In this document: in pieces, positions 34,156 through 44,387 of the stretch | How positions within the stretch are numbered: the stretch's first letter is position 1 | Layout: the number at the start of each line of letters is the position of its first letter | Source: an uncultured delta proteobacterium | GTDB lineage: Bacteria; Myxococcota; Myxococcia; SLRQ01 | Direction: 5' to 3' | Assembly (NCBI GenBank): GCA_963727485.1 | Contig: CAVSGM010000002.1 | Location: forward strand, 928,001 to 992,000 | DNA length: 64,000 bases | Notes under the pieces: model-generated | Databases searched by the model: none | Told to the model about the DNA's origin: nothing | The model's input: the letters and a program-made list of their open reading frames with translations, nothing else | Translations under genes and position numbers: made by a program

Positions 34156-34641
34156 TCAGTCGCGGAAGTTCAGGTACTGCATGGCGATGCCCAGGTCCGC
34201 GCCCTTGACCGCCTGGATCGCCGACTGGAGGTCGTCGCGCTTCTTGCCGGTCACCCGCACCGTGTCGCCCTGGATCGACGCCTGGACCTTGAGCTTCTGG
34301 TCCTTGAGCAGCTTGATGATCTTCTTGGCGGCGTCCTGGGGGATGCCCTCCTGGGTGGTCACCACCTGGCGCTGGGTCTTGCCCCCGGCGGGCTCGATGT
34401 GGCCGCGGGTGAAGGCCTCGAGGGGCAGGCCCCGGCGGACCAGCTTGCTCGCCAGGACGTCCCAGGCGGCGTCGACCCGGCCCTCGCTCTCCGAGCGCAG
34501 GACGATCCCGGCGTCGGTCTTCTCGACCTCGGTGCCGGTGCCCTTGAAGTCGAAGCGCTGGGCGATCTCCTTGCGCGCCTGGTCGAGGGCGTTGTCGAGC
34601 TCCTGGGCGTCGATCTTGGAGACGATGTCGAAGGACGGCAT
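34156..34641 (-). CDS. yajQ: YajQ family nucleotide-binding protein
   Basis: MPSFDIVS, RFDFKG, RVTGKKRDDLQ and NFRD motifs. Confidence 0.96.
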   Translation of the reverse strand: MPSFDIVSKIDAQELDNALDQARKEIAQRFDFKGTGTEVEKTDAGIVLRSESEGRVDAAWDVLASKLVRRGLPLEAFTRGHIEPAGGKTQRQVVTTQEGIPQDAAKKIIKLLKDQKLKVQASIQGDTVRVTGKKRDDLQSAIQAVKGADLGIAMQYLNFRD

Positions 34642-34659
34642 AGAGGGGGATTCTACGAC

Positions 34660-34689
34660 AAAGGGCGCCCGGCGTCGAGCCGGGCGCCC
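34660..34689 (-). terminator. Probable intrinsic terminator after the amidase gene, overlapping a candidate yajQ promoter
   Basis: 11-bp perfect stem GGGCGCCCGGC-N5-GCCGGGCGCCC followed by TTTGT on the minus strand; TCGACG-N17-TAGAAT overlaps it. Confidence 0.55.
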
Positions 34690-34714
34690 TGGAGACGGCC
34701 CCTGGAGGAGGCGC

Positions 34715-37253
34715 CTACTGCACGGTGAAGGGCTGCATGGTGCCGCCGCCCTGGGGGTTGACCCCGTCGGGCACGGCCTCGACCCGCCACTCCCAGATGC
34801 CGGAGGCGAGGTTCACCTTGAAGTCCTGGGAGATCTCGCCGCTGGCGCCGGCGGCGACGGTGAAGTCGTAGAAGCCCACGTCGTTGTGCTGGTAGATCTC
34901 GATGTAGTAGCTGAAGTGCTTGCCCCCCATCTGGGCGCTGGTCACGGCCTTCCAGGTGAAGGTGGGGTCGGCGCCGGTGGTGGCGTCCTTCGCCGGGGAG
35001 ACCAGGACCGCGTCGACGATGCCGTCGGCGCCCCCGGTGCCGCCCTTGGTCAGACCCACCGAGCCCCACACGGTCCGGCCGGCGGCGACGGTGCGCTTGA
35101 CCGACCCGGGCGCGTAGCCCCCGGCGGCGGCGGAGACGGTGACCGCGCCGGTGGGGACCCCGGTGATTCTTGTAGACCCCGTGATCGTCGGCGACGGCGC
35201 TCTGGCCGCTGGAGAGGGTCACGTGGGCGCCGGCGAGGCGGTGACCGAGGTTCCCCTTCTCATAGATGACGCCGATGAGGGTCCCGGTCTGGCCGGCCTG
35301 GGCACGGGTGAGCCCCACCGAGCTCCACACCACGCCCCCGGCGGCCACCGGCCGCTGCCGGTACCCGGTCTTGTAGCCCGAGGCCGCGGCGGTCACCTGC
35401 CAGTTGCCCGGGGCCACCTTGAACTCGAAGTAGCCGTCGGAGCCGGTGGTCACCGTGGCGCCGTTGGCGAGGGTCACCCGGGCCCCGGAGATCCGCCGCG
35501 AGGGGTTGGGGTACGCGTAGACCACGCCCTTGACGGTGGCCGAGCCGGTGGCGGTCTTCTTGTGGAGCCCGACCCCCGCCCACACGGTCTGGTTGGCCCG
35601 GACCTGGCGGGTGGCGGAGCCGGAGACGTAGCCGGACTTGGAGGCGGTCACGGTGTAGGTGCCCGGGGTCACCTCGAAGCGGAAGTGGCCGTTGGCGTCG
35701 GTGGTGGTGCTCTTGCCGCCGGAGAGGGTCACCCGGGCGCCGGAGATCCGGTTGGCGGCGCTGGGCGAGCGGTAGACCACGCCGGTGAGGAAGCCGTGGG
35801 TGAGCTGGGCGGCGCGCTTGAGGCCCACCGAGCCCCAGGTGTTCCCGCCGGCGGGCAGCTGCCGGCTGACGCGGCCGGTCTGGTAGCCGCTGTCCGAGGC
35901 GCTGACGGTGTAGGTCCCGGCGGGGAGCTTCACGCTGTAGTAGCCGTTGCCGTCGGTGTAGACGGTGTGCCCGCCCACGGTGACCTTGGCGCCGGAGAGG
36001 CGGTGGCTCGAGCTGGGGGCGGCGTAGACGATGCCCTGCATCAGGCCGGTGCCGCCGCCGGAGCCGCCGCTGGAGCCGCCGCTGGAGCCGCCGCCGGCAG
36101 CCGCCGGAGCCGCCGCTGCCGCCGCCGGTGGAGCCGCCGGAGCCACCCTTGCCGCAGTCCTGGCGCACCAGGTCCATGTAGTGCGACCAGTTCCAGTGGG
36201 GCCCCGGGTCGCGGTGGGTGCTGGTGGGCACCTGGTAGTGGCCGATGATGTGGGTCCGGTCGATGGGGATGCCGTAGCGCTGGGTGATGTGGCACACCAG
36301 CTTCGCCGAGGCGCGGTACATGGCCTCGGTGTAGTAGCCGGTCCGGAAGGCGTAGCCCTCGTGCTCGATGCCGATGGCGTAGCAGTTGGCCACGGTGGCG
36401 TGCCACGCCTTGTCCCGCTCGTGGACCATCTGGGTGATCTGGCCGTCCTTGTCGCGGATGACGTAGTGGGCCGAGACGTTGGAGCGGGGGTTGCGGAACC
36501 AGGAGATGGCGCCGTAGTAGCTGCCCTCGATGTCGTGGATGACGACCTTGCTGATCTTGCAGTTGCGGCCGCGGGTGTAGTTCGAGGGGTCGGCGGGGAG
36601 GAACTGGTAGACGGTGGGATCGTCGCCGGAGAGGGCCTGGGACAGGGCCCCGGAGCCGGTGCCGGTCCCGGTGGTGTCGCTGGCGGCGCCGGGGTCGGTG
36701 CCGGGCAGCTCGAGGCTCTCGCCGTCGTCGAGGGTGGCGCCGGCGCCCTGCTGGATGGTCTGGAGGACGTCATCGGCGTAGGCGGCGGCGACGTCCGGGT
36801 CGTAGCCGGAGTACTGGGCGATGACGTCGCGCCAGTCGGCGGGGTCGGTCTTGGCCTGCCACCCGTCGCCGAGGGTCTGCTGGGCGTACTCGGCGAGGAT
36901 CGCCGCGGCGCCGGAGATGTTGCCGGCGACGTCGCGCTCCAGGAGGTTCTGGCTGTCCCCGGTGATCGCCGCGGCCTCGTTCAGGCTCCCGCCCTCGCCG
37001 AGGCCCATGATGCCCCACCTCGGCTGGGTCGGGGCGCCGGCCTCGGGGACCTGCATGGTCCACCGGCTCTCCACCCAGCCGATGCCCATGAGGACGTCGA
37101 GGGGCACCCCGGACTCGGAGGCGGCGTTCTGGAACGCCTGGGCCACCGGGCCGTCGTTGTGCTGGGCCGCCGGGCCGGCGCCGCAGGCCGAAAGGCCGAG
37201 GATGAGGCCCGCGGTGAGGACGGTGGCGAGGGTCTTTGGGTCTGGGTACGCAT
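34715..37253 (-). CDS. Multidomain peptidoglycan hydrolase lipoprotein (lysozyme/SLT-like domain, Amidase_2, Gly/Ser linker, 4 carboxypeptidase-regulatory-like repeats, C-terminal beta domain), about 845 aa, with 3 frameshifts
   Basis: GGAGG RBS and ATG at 37253; LSAC lipobox; GWVESRW; VIHDIEG, SAHYV, IGIEHEG, IIGH and HRDPG; indels at about 37236, 36098 and 35167. Confidence 0.82.
35050..36050 (-). repeat. Four intragenic repeats of about 83 aa (approximate bounds)
   Basis: Each reads G(I/V)(V/I)Y...R(L/I)xGAxVT...GxY/F...VxAxxxGY...WxxVGL. Confidence 0.8.
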
Positions 37254-37510
37254 CGGCTGCCTCCAGGGTCGTCGAGTCGTGGCTCCCGGTAGTGCAGTGC
37301 CGGTGCCGACCCGGGGCCCAGGGGCGGCATTCGCCGTATTCGTCCGTTATTTCATTGTCTTGCGTCCACATCCCGAGACCCGTGTGTAATGAGCTGTTAC
37401 GTTGAACTGTCCTCATCGGGATCGGATCCGGCGTCGGGATCGAGGACGATCGGCCCGGATCCCCCCGACCCGGGGACCGCCCGGGCGCCGCCGGGCCCCG
37501 GGCGCGGACT

Positions 37511-37539
37511 TTGACCGTCCCGGGCCCCCGCTGTACAAT
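37511..37539 (+). promoter_or_regulatory. Sigma70-type promoter for the MshEN gene
   Basis: TTGACC-N17-TACAAT; GGGAGG RBS before the GTG at 37564. Confidence 0.7.
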
Positions 37540-37563
37540 CCCCGGACACCTGGGAGGCACTCC

Positions 37564-38439
37564 GTGGCACGCAAGAAGCTGGGCGAGATCCTCATCGAGC
37601 GCGGGATCATCGACGAGGACCAGCTCAACTCGGCGCTCGCCTACCAGCGGGCCTGGGGCCACCGGCTGGGCTCGGCGCTCCTGGCCAAGGGCTTCGTCAC
37701 CGAGGGCCAGCTCACCCGGGTCCTCGGCGAGGAGCTGAGCATCCCGGTGGTCGACCTCTCGGAGACCGAGCCCGACTGGGACGCCATCCGCCTCCTCGAC
37801 GCCCGGTTCTGCGAGGCCCACGAGCTCTTCCCGGTGGCCCTCGACGAGAACCGGGGCCGCCGGCGCCTCACCTGCGCCATGGCCGACCCCCTCAACGTCG
37901 CCGCCCTCGACGAGATCGAGTTCACCACCGGCTGCAAGGTCAAGGCGGTGCTGGCGCCGATCTCCCAGATCCACAGCGCCATCCGCCGCTACCACCACCG
38001 GCAGCGCACGGTGATCCGCAAGGTCCCAGACCGGCCGCCGACGCGCCGGGGCACCGGCGCCCCCGAGGAGGCGCAGATGGTCCTGGTGCGCCCCGGGGGC
38101 GGCGAGGAGCGGGTGGACACCAGCGCCCGGGAGAAGACCGATCCCCACGCCGGGCCCCACCTGGTCGACGACGCCGACGTGGTGCTCCTCACCGACGAGG
38201 TCACCAAGCGCACCGAGCTCGCCGAGATCATCCGCCAGCGCGAGGCGCGGGCGAAGACCCGGGCGCGGCAGGCGGGCCCGGCCCAGGACGACCTCGACTT
38301 CCTCCTCGGGGTCAGCACCCAGGACCAGGTGCGCCTCGAGCAGCTCGAGCGCCGGTTCTGGACCCTGATGCGCCTGCTCGCCAAGAAGGGCCTCCTCGAC
38401 AAGGAGGCCTACCTCCGCGAGTTCGAGGGCGACGAGTAG
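37564..38439 (+). CDS. Stand-alone MshEN / GspE-N-terminal domain protein without an ATPase domain
   Basis: KLGEILIERGIIDEDQLNSALAYQ, a 5-aa linker, then RLGSALLAKGFV; AMADPLN; no Walker motifs. Confidence 0.85.
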   Translation: MARKKLGEILIERGIIDEDQLNSALAYQRAWGHRLGSALLAKGFVTEGQLTRVLGEELSIPVVDLSETEPDWDAIRLLDARFCEAHELFPVALDENRGRRRLTCAMADPLNVAALDEIEFTTGCKVKAVLAPISQIHSAIRRYHHRQRTVIRKVPDRPPTRRGTGAPEEAQMVLVRPGGGEERVDTSAREKTDPHAGPHLVDDADVVLLTDEVTKRTELAEIIRQREARAKTRARQAGPAQDDLDFLLGVSTQDQVRLEQLERRFWTLMRLLAKKGLLDKEAYLREFEGDE

Positions 38440-38454
38440 CCGCCGACCCCGGCG

Positions 38455-40377
38455 CTACCGCCGCCCCAACCCGTCCACCGGCAGGCGGATGGTGAAGGTG
38501 GTCCCGGTGCCCTGGACGCTGTCCACGGCGATGGACCCCCCGTGGCCGTGGATGATCCCCTGGACGATGGAGAGCCCGAGCCCGGTGCCCTTCCCCGGGG
38601 CCTTGGTGGAGAAGAAGGGATTGAAGATCCGCTCCGCCACCTCCGGGGGCATCCCGTGGCCGTCGTCGCTGATCGCCACCTCCACGAAGCCCTCGCCGTC
38701 GGCGCCGCCGGTGAGCCGGAGGTGCCCGCCCGAGGGGAGGGCGTGGCAGGCGTTGGTGATGAGGTTGACGAAGACCTGCTGGAGCTTGCCCCGGTTGGCC
38801 ATCACCGTGGGCATCTGCCCCTCGAAGCGCTGGTCCACCTCCACCTTGCGCTCGTTGATCACGTGCTCGCACAGGTGCACCGACTCGGCGACCACCGCCT
38901 CCACCGCGAGGCGGGTCAGCCGCTCCTCGGTGGGCCGGGCGTAGGCCACCAGGCTCTGGGTGAAGCGCAGGATCCGGTCGGAGCTCTCGAGGATCCGCCC
39001 GGCCTTCTCCACGTCGGAGCCGGTGCCCACCTCGCCGAGGCGGTCCCGGAGGAACTCGGCATAGACGGTGATGCTGGTCAAAGGGTTGTTCAGCTCGTGG
39101 ACCACCGCCGCGGCGAACTGCCCCAGGCTCGCCAGCTTCTCCGCCTGGATCACCTGGCGCTCGAGCTCCCAGAGGCGGGTGAGGTCGTTGCCGGTGGCCA
39201 CGATGCTCTCCACCGCCCCGTCGGCGCCGTAGACGGTGGCGGTGTTGAACGCCGCCCGGATCTTCCGGCCGTCGTTGGCGAGGATGGTGACCTCGACGTT
39301 GTCGACGCTGCGGCCCTTGAGGCTCGCCGCCACCACCCGGGTGAGCCGGGGCCGGTCCTCGGGGGCGACCAGCTCCACGAAGCCCTTGCCCAGCACCTCC
39401 TCCCGGGAGAAGCCGGAGAGGGCCTGGCAGGCGCGGTTGAACACGGTGATCGCCCCCTGGCGATCGATGACCACGATGAGGGCGTTGGCGTCGTCGACCA
39501 GCTTCTCCAGGTAGCCGCGCAGGTACCGGGCCTCGGAGAGGAGCTTGGCGTTTCGCAGGGAGACCGAGAGCTGGTTGGCCAGGGCGATGAGCAGGCGCTC
39601 GTCGGCCTCGGCGTCGTGGAACTGCACCTCCTGGCCCTCGAGGTTGAGCATCCCGAAGAGCTGGTTCCCGGCGACCAGCGGCACCCCCAGGCCCGCCTGG
39701 GAGCCCTCGAAGATCCGGTGGTAGCCGGCGCGGACCCGCACCGCCTCGCTCTGAAGGACCTTGGGCGGCAGGCGGGTCTTGGCCACCGCCGAGCGCTTGA
39801 GGGTGAGGCGGTCGCGCTCCTCGGGGATCAGGGTGCCCTCGGCGTAGAGGCTGGTGAGGTGCATGCTCTTGGGGTCGACCACCCGGATGCAGAAGGGCCG
39901 GCTGGGGAAGAGCTCGCGCAGGCCCTGGGCCACCACGCCCACCAGGTCCTCCTCGGCCATCAGCAACGAGAGCAGCCGGCCGATGGAGAACACCCGGCCC
40001 TGGTCCTCGAGGGCGTGCATCGCCTGGGCGAGGCGGGCGCCCTCGAGGCCGGCGTCGAGGGTGACCACCGTGTGGTCCCCGCCGTCGGAGAGGTTGGCCA
40101 TCGCCGCCCGGCCCCCGGGGAGGGTGACCGGCAGGTGGCCCTCGAGGTCCCGGATGTCGGTGATCGGGGGATTGGCCACCAGCAGCTCGCCCAGGGGCAC
40201 GCCGATGAGGGCGCCCTCGGTCTGGGCCCCGACCCGGATCCCGAAGGCGCGGTTGGCGGCGGCCACCCGCTGGTCGGGGCCCACCAGGGCCGCCGGCGTG
40301 TCCGAGCGCTCGAAGAAGCGCCAGAGGGCGTCGACGAGGGGGGCCTCCCCGGCTTGTCGCGCGGCGTTCTTCTGCAT
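38455..40377 (-). CDS. PAS-GAF-PAS sensor histidine kinase
   Basis: EKLASLG..VHELNNPL; QVFVNLITNA; DDGHG; FFSTK; GTGLGL. Confidence 0.92.
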   Translation of the reverse strand: MQKNAARQAGEAPLVDALWRFFERSDTPAALVGPDQRVAAANRAFGIRVGAQTEGALIGVPLGELLVANPPITDIRDLEGHLPVTLPGGRAAMANLSDGGDHTVVTLDAGLEGARLAQAMHALEDQGRVFSIGRLLSLLMAEEDLVGVVAQGLRELFPSRPFCIRVVDPKSMHLTSLYAEGTLIPEERDRLTLKRSAVAKTRLPPKVLQSEAVRVRAGYHRIFEGSQAGLGVPLVAGNQLFGMLNLEGQEVQFHDAEADERLLIALANQLSVSLRNAKLLSEARYLRGYLEKLVDDANALIVVIDRQGAITVFNRACQALSGFSREEVLGKGFVELVAPEDRPRLTRVVAASLKGRSVDNVEVTILANDGRKIRAAFNTATVYGADGAVESIVATGNDLTRLWELERQVIQAEKLASLGQFAAAVVHELNNPLTSITVYAEFLRDRLGEVGTGSDVEKAGRILESSDRILRFTQSLVAYARPTEERLTRLAVEAVVAESVHLCEHVINERKVEVDQRFEGQMPTVMANRGKLQQVFVNLITNACHALPSGGHLRLTGGADGEGFVEVAISDDGHGMPPEVAERIFNPFFSTKAPGKGTGLGLSIVQGIIHGHGGSIAVDSVQGTGTTFTIRLPVDGLGRR

Positions 40378-40412
40378 GTCCCGGCTCTCCTCCTCCCCCG
40401 CGATGCCCGTGC

Positions 40413-42441
40413 TCAGGTGTCGTGTCCGTCGTCCGTCGACCGGTCGAGATCCACGATCCGCGTGTTGCCCAGGTATTCCTTGGTCTCGTAGCGGGTGATG
40501 CGGCCGATCTTCCGGACGATCTCCGCCATCCGCTCGCTCTCCCGGAAGATGATGTCCGCGGCCCGATGGTTGCCGTCGTCGGGGGCGATGCGCCGGCGCA
40601 GGAGCTCGGCGTAGCCCATGACGCTGGTGAGCGGCTGGTTGAGCTCGTGGGCCGCGGTCCCGGCGAGCTCGGCGATCATCGCCTGCTTCTCGGTGCGCAG
40701 GAGCTTGTCCTGGGCCCGGGAGAGCTTGCGCTCGATGCGCAGCCGCTCCCGGAGGTCGGTGAAGATGCCCATGGTGGCCACCTCCCGGCCGTGCTCGTAG
40801 AGGATCGCCGCCGAGAGGCTCACCGGGATCCGCTCGCCCTCCCGGGAGACGATGTCGATGCGCATCTTCTCCACCCGCCCCGGGCCGCCGTTCTCCTCGG
40901 AGCGGAGCATCCGCATCACCTCGTAGGCGCCGCCGTCGGGGTAGAGGGCCCGGACGTTCAGGCTCCCCACCGCCTCGCCCGAGGGGTGGCCGGTGACGCC
41001 TTCGGCGGTCTTGTTCCAGAGGAGGACCTTGCCGGTCATGTCCGAGGCGACGATGGCGTCGGCCGACGAGTCGATGAGGTTCTCCAGGAAGTGGGTGGTC
41101 TGGCGCAGCTCCTCCTCGACCCGCCGGGCCTCGGTGACGTCCCGGAAGCTCACCACCGCCCCGCTCCGGCCCAGCGGCGAGGCCCCCACCGAGAGGATCC
41201 GCGACCCGCCCTGGGCGGTGACCGCGACCTCCACCCCCCCGGGCTCGTGGCGCCGATCGAGGCGCTCGGCGAGGCGCTCGAGGCGGGCGCGGTCGGCGGG
41301 GTCGGCGGCGAGGTCCTGGAGCCGGCGGCCCTCGAGGCTGCCCAGGGCGGCGAGGGAGGTCTGGGCCGCGGGGTTCGCCGCCCGGATGGCGCCGTCGGGG
41401 TCGACCAGGAGGATGCCCTCGGAGACGTGCTCGTAGAGATCGGCGAAGCGCTTGAGGTCCTCGAGCTTGCGCTCGGCGCGGAGGCGCTGCACCGCCGCGC
41501 GCTTCGACTCGTCGCGCATGGTCTGGAAGAGCCGGGCGTTGCGCAGGGAGACGGCGGTGGCGTGGGCCACGGCGCTGGCGAAGTCGACCTCCCGGCGGCT
41601 GAAGTGCCCGTGGCTCTCGCTCGCCCGGAGGAAGAGCACCCCGAGGACGTCGTCCTCGAAGACCAGGGGGAAGAGCGCGATGGCCCCGACGCCCTGGGCC
41701 TGGAGGGTCTCGCGGACCTCCTCGAGGAGCGGGATGATTGGTGGCGTGGTCGATGACCAGGGGCTCCCGGCGCTCGAGGACCGCCTCGATCTCCGGGTAG
41801 CCGGCCAGATCGATCTCCAGGTCCCGGAGGGTCTTGTCGTCGCTCGCCGCCATCACCACCCCGCGCCGGGCCGGGGCGTCGACCAGGACCAGGGAGCACC
41901 GGGGGACGGCGATGGCCTCGGCCAGCCCGTGGACCAGGTCGAAGAGGATCGAGCCCACGTCGAGGGTGGAGGCGAAGCGCCGGGTGAGGTCGAGGAGGCG
42001 CTGGAGGTCGGCGGCCTGGTGGGTGAGCTCGGCGTGCATCGAGGCCACGCGGAGCAGGTTCTTCACCCGAACCATGATCTCGTGGGGCAGGAGCGGGGGG
42101 CGCATGAAGTCGTCGACCCCGGCGTCGGCGGCGTCGGCGAAGATCCGGTCGTCCTCGGGGGTGAGCAGGGCGAGGATGGGGATGTCGGCGGTCGCGGGCC
42201 GGGCCCGGAGCGCCCGGCAGAGGTCGAGGGCCCCGCCCTCGAGGCAGAGGTCGAGGATCACCAGCTTCGGCCGGGGCTCGGCCTCGAGGAGGCCCTTCGC
42301 CCCGGCGACGTCCGAGGCCGACCCCAGGGCATACCCCTGCGACACGAGCACCGACTGGAGCTGCTGTCGCCAGGGGGCGCTGCCGGTGAGAAGCAGGATC
42401 CGCTCGGCAGGGGCGTCACTCAACGCGCTGGAGCATATCAC
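40413..42441 (-). CDS. Degenerate REC-GAF-PAS-PAS-HisKA protein lacking HATPase, frameshifted at about 41732
   Basis: REC-like N-terminus (VILDL, AGVDDF); GAF; PAS domains; AAHELNQPLT followed by a stop about 65 aa later; start GTG 42441 or TTG 42423. Confidence 0.82.
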
Positions 42442-43615
42442 GCCCCCAGGCGCGCCTGGGCCGCCGCCACCGCCGCCTGGTACACCTTTCTCACCGGCAC
42501 CGAGGCGGCGGCCGCCCGGGCCCGGCAGTCGGCGTGCTCCGGGGCGACGGTGAGCACCTCGCCGGCCAGGCGCCCGACCTTCACCCGCACCTCGCCGTAG
42601 GGGGTGGCGACGGTCTCGAAGGCCCGGTCGAGCTCCACCCGCTCCGCCACCCGGAGGCGGACCCCGAAGGTGGGGGTCTGCCGGAGGATGGCCTCCACGA
42701 CCGCCCGGCGGTCGCCCTCCCGGCACAGGACCTGGAGGAGCTGGCCGGGGCGACCCTTCTTCATCAGGACCGGGAGGACCAGCACATCCAGGGCCCCGGC
42801 GGCGAGGATCGCCTCGACGGCCGGGGGCAGCAGCTCGGGGCTAGGTCGTCGAGGTTGGTCTCGATCACCAGCACCGTGCGCTGGCCCGGGCCCTCGGCGG
42901 CGCCGAGGATCGCCCGGAGGACGTTGGGGCGGTCGGGCCAGGTGGCGTCCCCGGCGCCGTAGCCCACCCGCTCCAGGGTCATCGCCGGCATCGGGCCGAT
43001 CCGGTCCCCGGCGAGGGTGGCGAGCAGCGCCGCCCCGGTGGGGGTGGTCAGCTCGCCCACGGTCTCGGAGGCGGCCACCGGGAGGCCCCGGAGCAGCTCG
43101 AGGACCGCCGGGGCGGGGACGGGGATGCGCCCGTGGGCGGCCTTCACGAACCCGGTCCCCAGCGGCGGCGGGGCGGCGGTGATCCGCCCGGGCTTGAGGT
43201 GGTCCACGGCGACGGCGGTGCCGCAGATGTCCACGATGGCGTCCACGGCGCCCACCTCGTGGAAGTGGACCGCCTCCGGGTCGACCCCGTGGACCGCCCC
43301 CTCGGCGACGGCGAGGCGCCGGAAGGCCTCGAGGGCGATGGCCTTGGCGCCCGCGGTGAGGGCGCTTCCCTGGATGATCCGGGTGACGTCCGAGAGGTGG
43401 CGGTGGGCGTGGTCGTGGTGGTCGAGGTGGACGTCGACCTTGGTGGCGGAGATGGAGCCCACGTCCTTGACCCGCTCGGCGAGGCGCCACCCGGGGACCT
43501 CGAGGGTCCCGAGGGCTTCCTCAAGCACCGCCAGCGGCACCCCGAGGGCCACCAGGGCCCCGAGCATCATGTCCCCGCTCACGCCCCCGACCGGCTCGAG
43601 GTGGAGCACCCTCAC
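42438..43615 (-). CDS. larC: Nickel-pincer cofactor biosynthesis protein LarC, frameshifted at about 42841
   Basis: GVSGDMMLGAL, His-rich patch, VHFHEVGAVDAIVD, ELTTPTGAA, ETNLDD, MKKGRPG and PEHADC. Confidence 0.92.
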
Positions 43616-44367
43616 TTGAGCCCCCGGGCGATGAGGGCGGCGAGCTGCCCGGCCCCGAAGCCGTTGTCGATGTTCACCACGCTCACCCCCGGGGCGCAGC
43701 TGTTGAGCATGCCCAAGAGCGCCGCCAGGCCCCCGAAGGCGGCGCCGTAGCCGACGCTGGTGGGCACCGCGATCACCGGCCGGCCGGCGAGGCCGGCGAC
43801 CACGGACGGCAGCGCCCCCTCCATCCCCGCGACCACCACCAGGACCCCGGCCTCGGCGAGGCGCTTGCGATGCCGGGTGATCCGGTGGATGCCGGCGACC
43901 CCCACGTCGTGGAGGCGCTCGACCTTCGCGCCGGCGACCCTCGCGGTGACCCCCGCCTCCTCGGCCACCGGGGCGTCGCTGGTGCCGGCGCTGATGACCA
44001 GCACCGTCCGGCCCTTGGGCCTGGGGAGCTTGCCCAGGACCAGGGTCCGGGAGAGGGGATCGTAGTCGCCGTCGCCCAGGGCGGCGAGGACCGCCTCGGC
44101 CTTGGGCGCGTCGAGGCGGGTGACCAGGACCACCGCGTGGTGCTGGTGGAGCCGGGCGGTGATCGCCGCCACCTGGGCGGCGGTCTTGTGCTCGGCGAGG
44201 ACCACCTCGGGCAGCCCGGTGCGCACCGCCCGGTGGGTGTCGAGGGTGGCCTGGGCCTCCGGGAGCTCGTCCACCGGGAAGTGCTTGAGGCGGTCGGCGG
44301 CGTCACCGGGGGCGAGGGTGCCCCGGGCCACGTCGCGCAGGAGCTGGTCGAGGGCGCGGCGGTCCAT
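43612..44367 (-). CDS. larB: Nickel-pincer cofactor biosynthesis protein LarB
   Basis: AGTSD, DVGVAGIHR, AGMEGALPSV, PTSVGYG, NSCAPG and NIDNGFGA motifs. Confidence 0.95.
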   Translation of the reverse strand: MDRRALDQLLRDVARGTLAPGDAADRLKHFPVDELPEAQATLDTHRAVRTGLPEVVLAEHKTAAQVAAITARLHQHHAVVLVTRLDAPKAEAVLAALGDGDYDPLSRTLVLGKLPRPKGRTVLVISAGTSDAPVAEEAGVTARVAGAKVERLHDVGVAGIHRITRHRKRLAEAGVLVVVAGMEGALPSVVAGLAGRPVIAVPTSVGYGAAFGGLAALLGMLNSCAPGVSVVNIDNGFGAGQLAALIARGLK

Positions 44368-44387
44368 GGCCGGGGCCATACCACAAA

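Noticed and set aside
34649..34653. A fifth GATTC as another GATC error
   Set aside because: It is intergenic and forms a plausible TAGAAT -10 element for yajQ on the minus strand; there is no reading-frame evidence of an error
37254..37420. c-di-GMP or c-di-AMP riboswitch upstream of the amidase gene (GGACGCAA-like word on the minus strand)
   Set aside because: The other conserved elements and pairings are not recognisable; an Infernal/Rfam scan would settle it
37565..37580. Sigma54-like TGGCACGCAAGAAGCT
   Set aside because: It overlaps the start codon of the MshEN gene and has a poor -12 element (no TTGC); probably coincidental
38455..42726. 1423-aa hybrid kinase ORF
   Set aside because: The middle section is out-of-frame sequence after the indel at about 41732; two separate genes explain all the motifs
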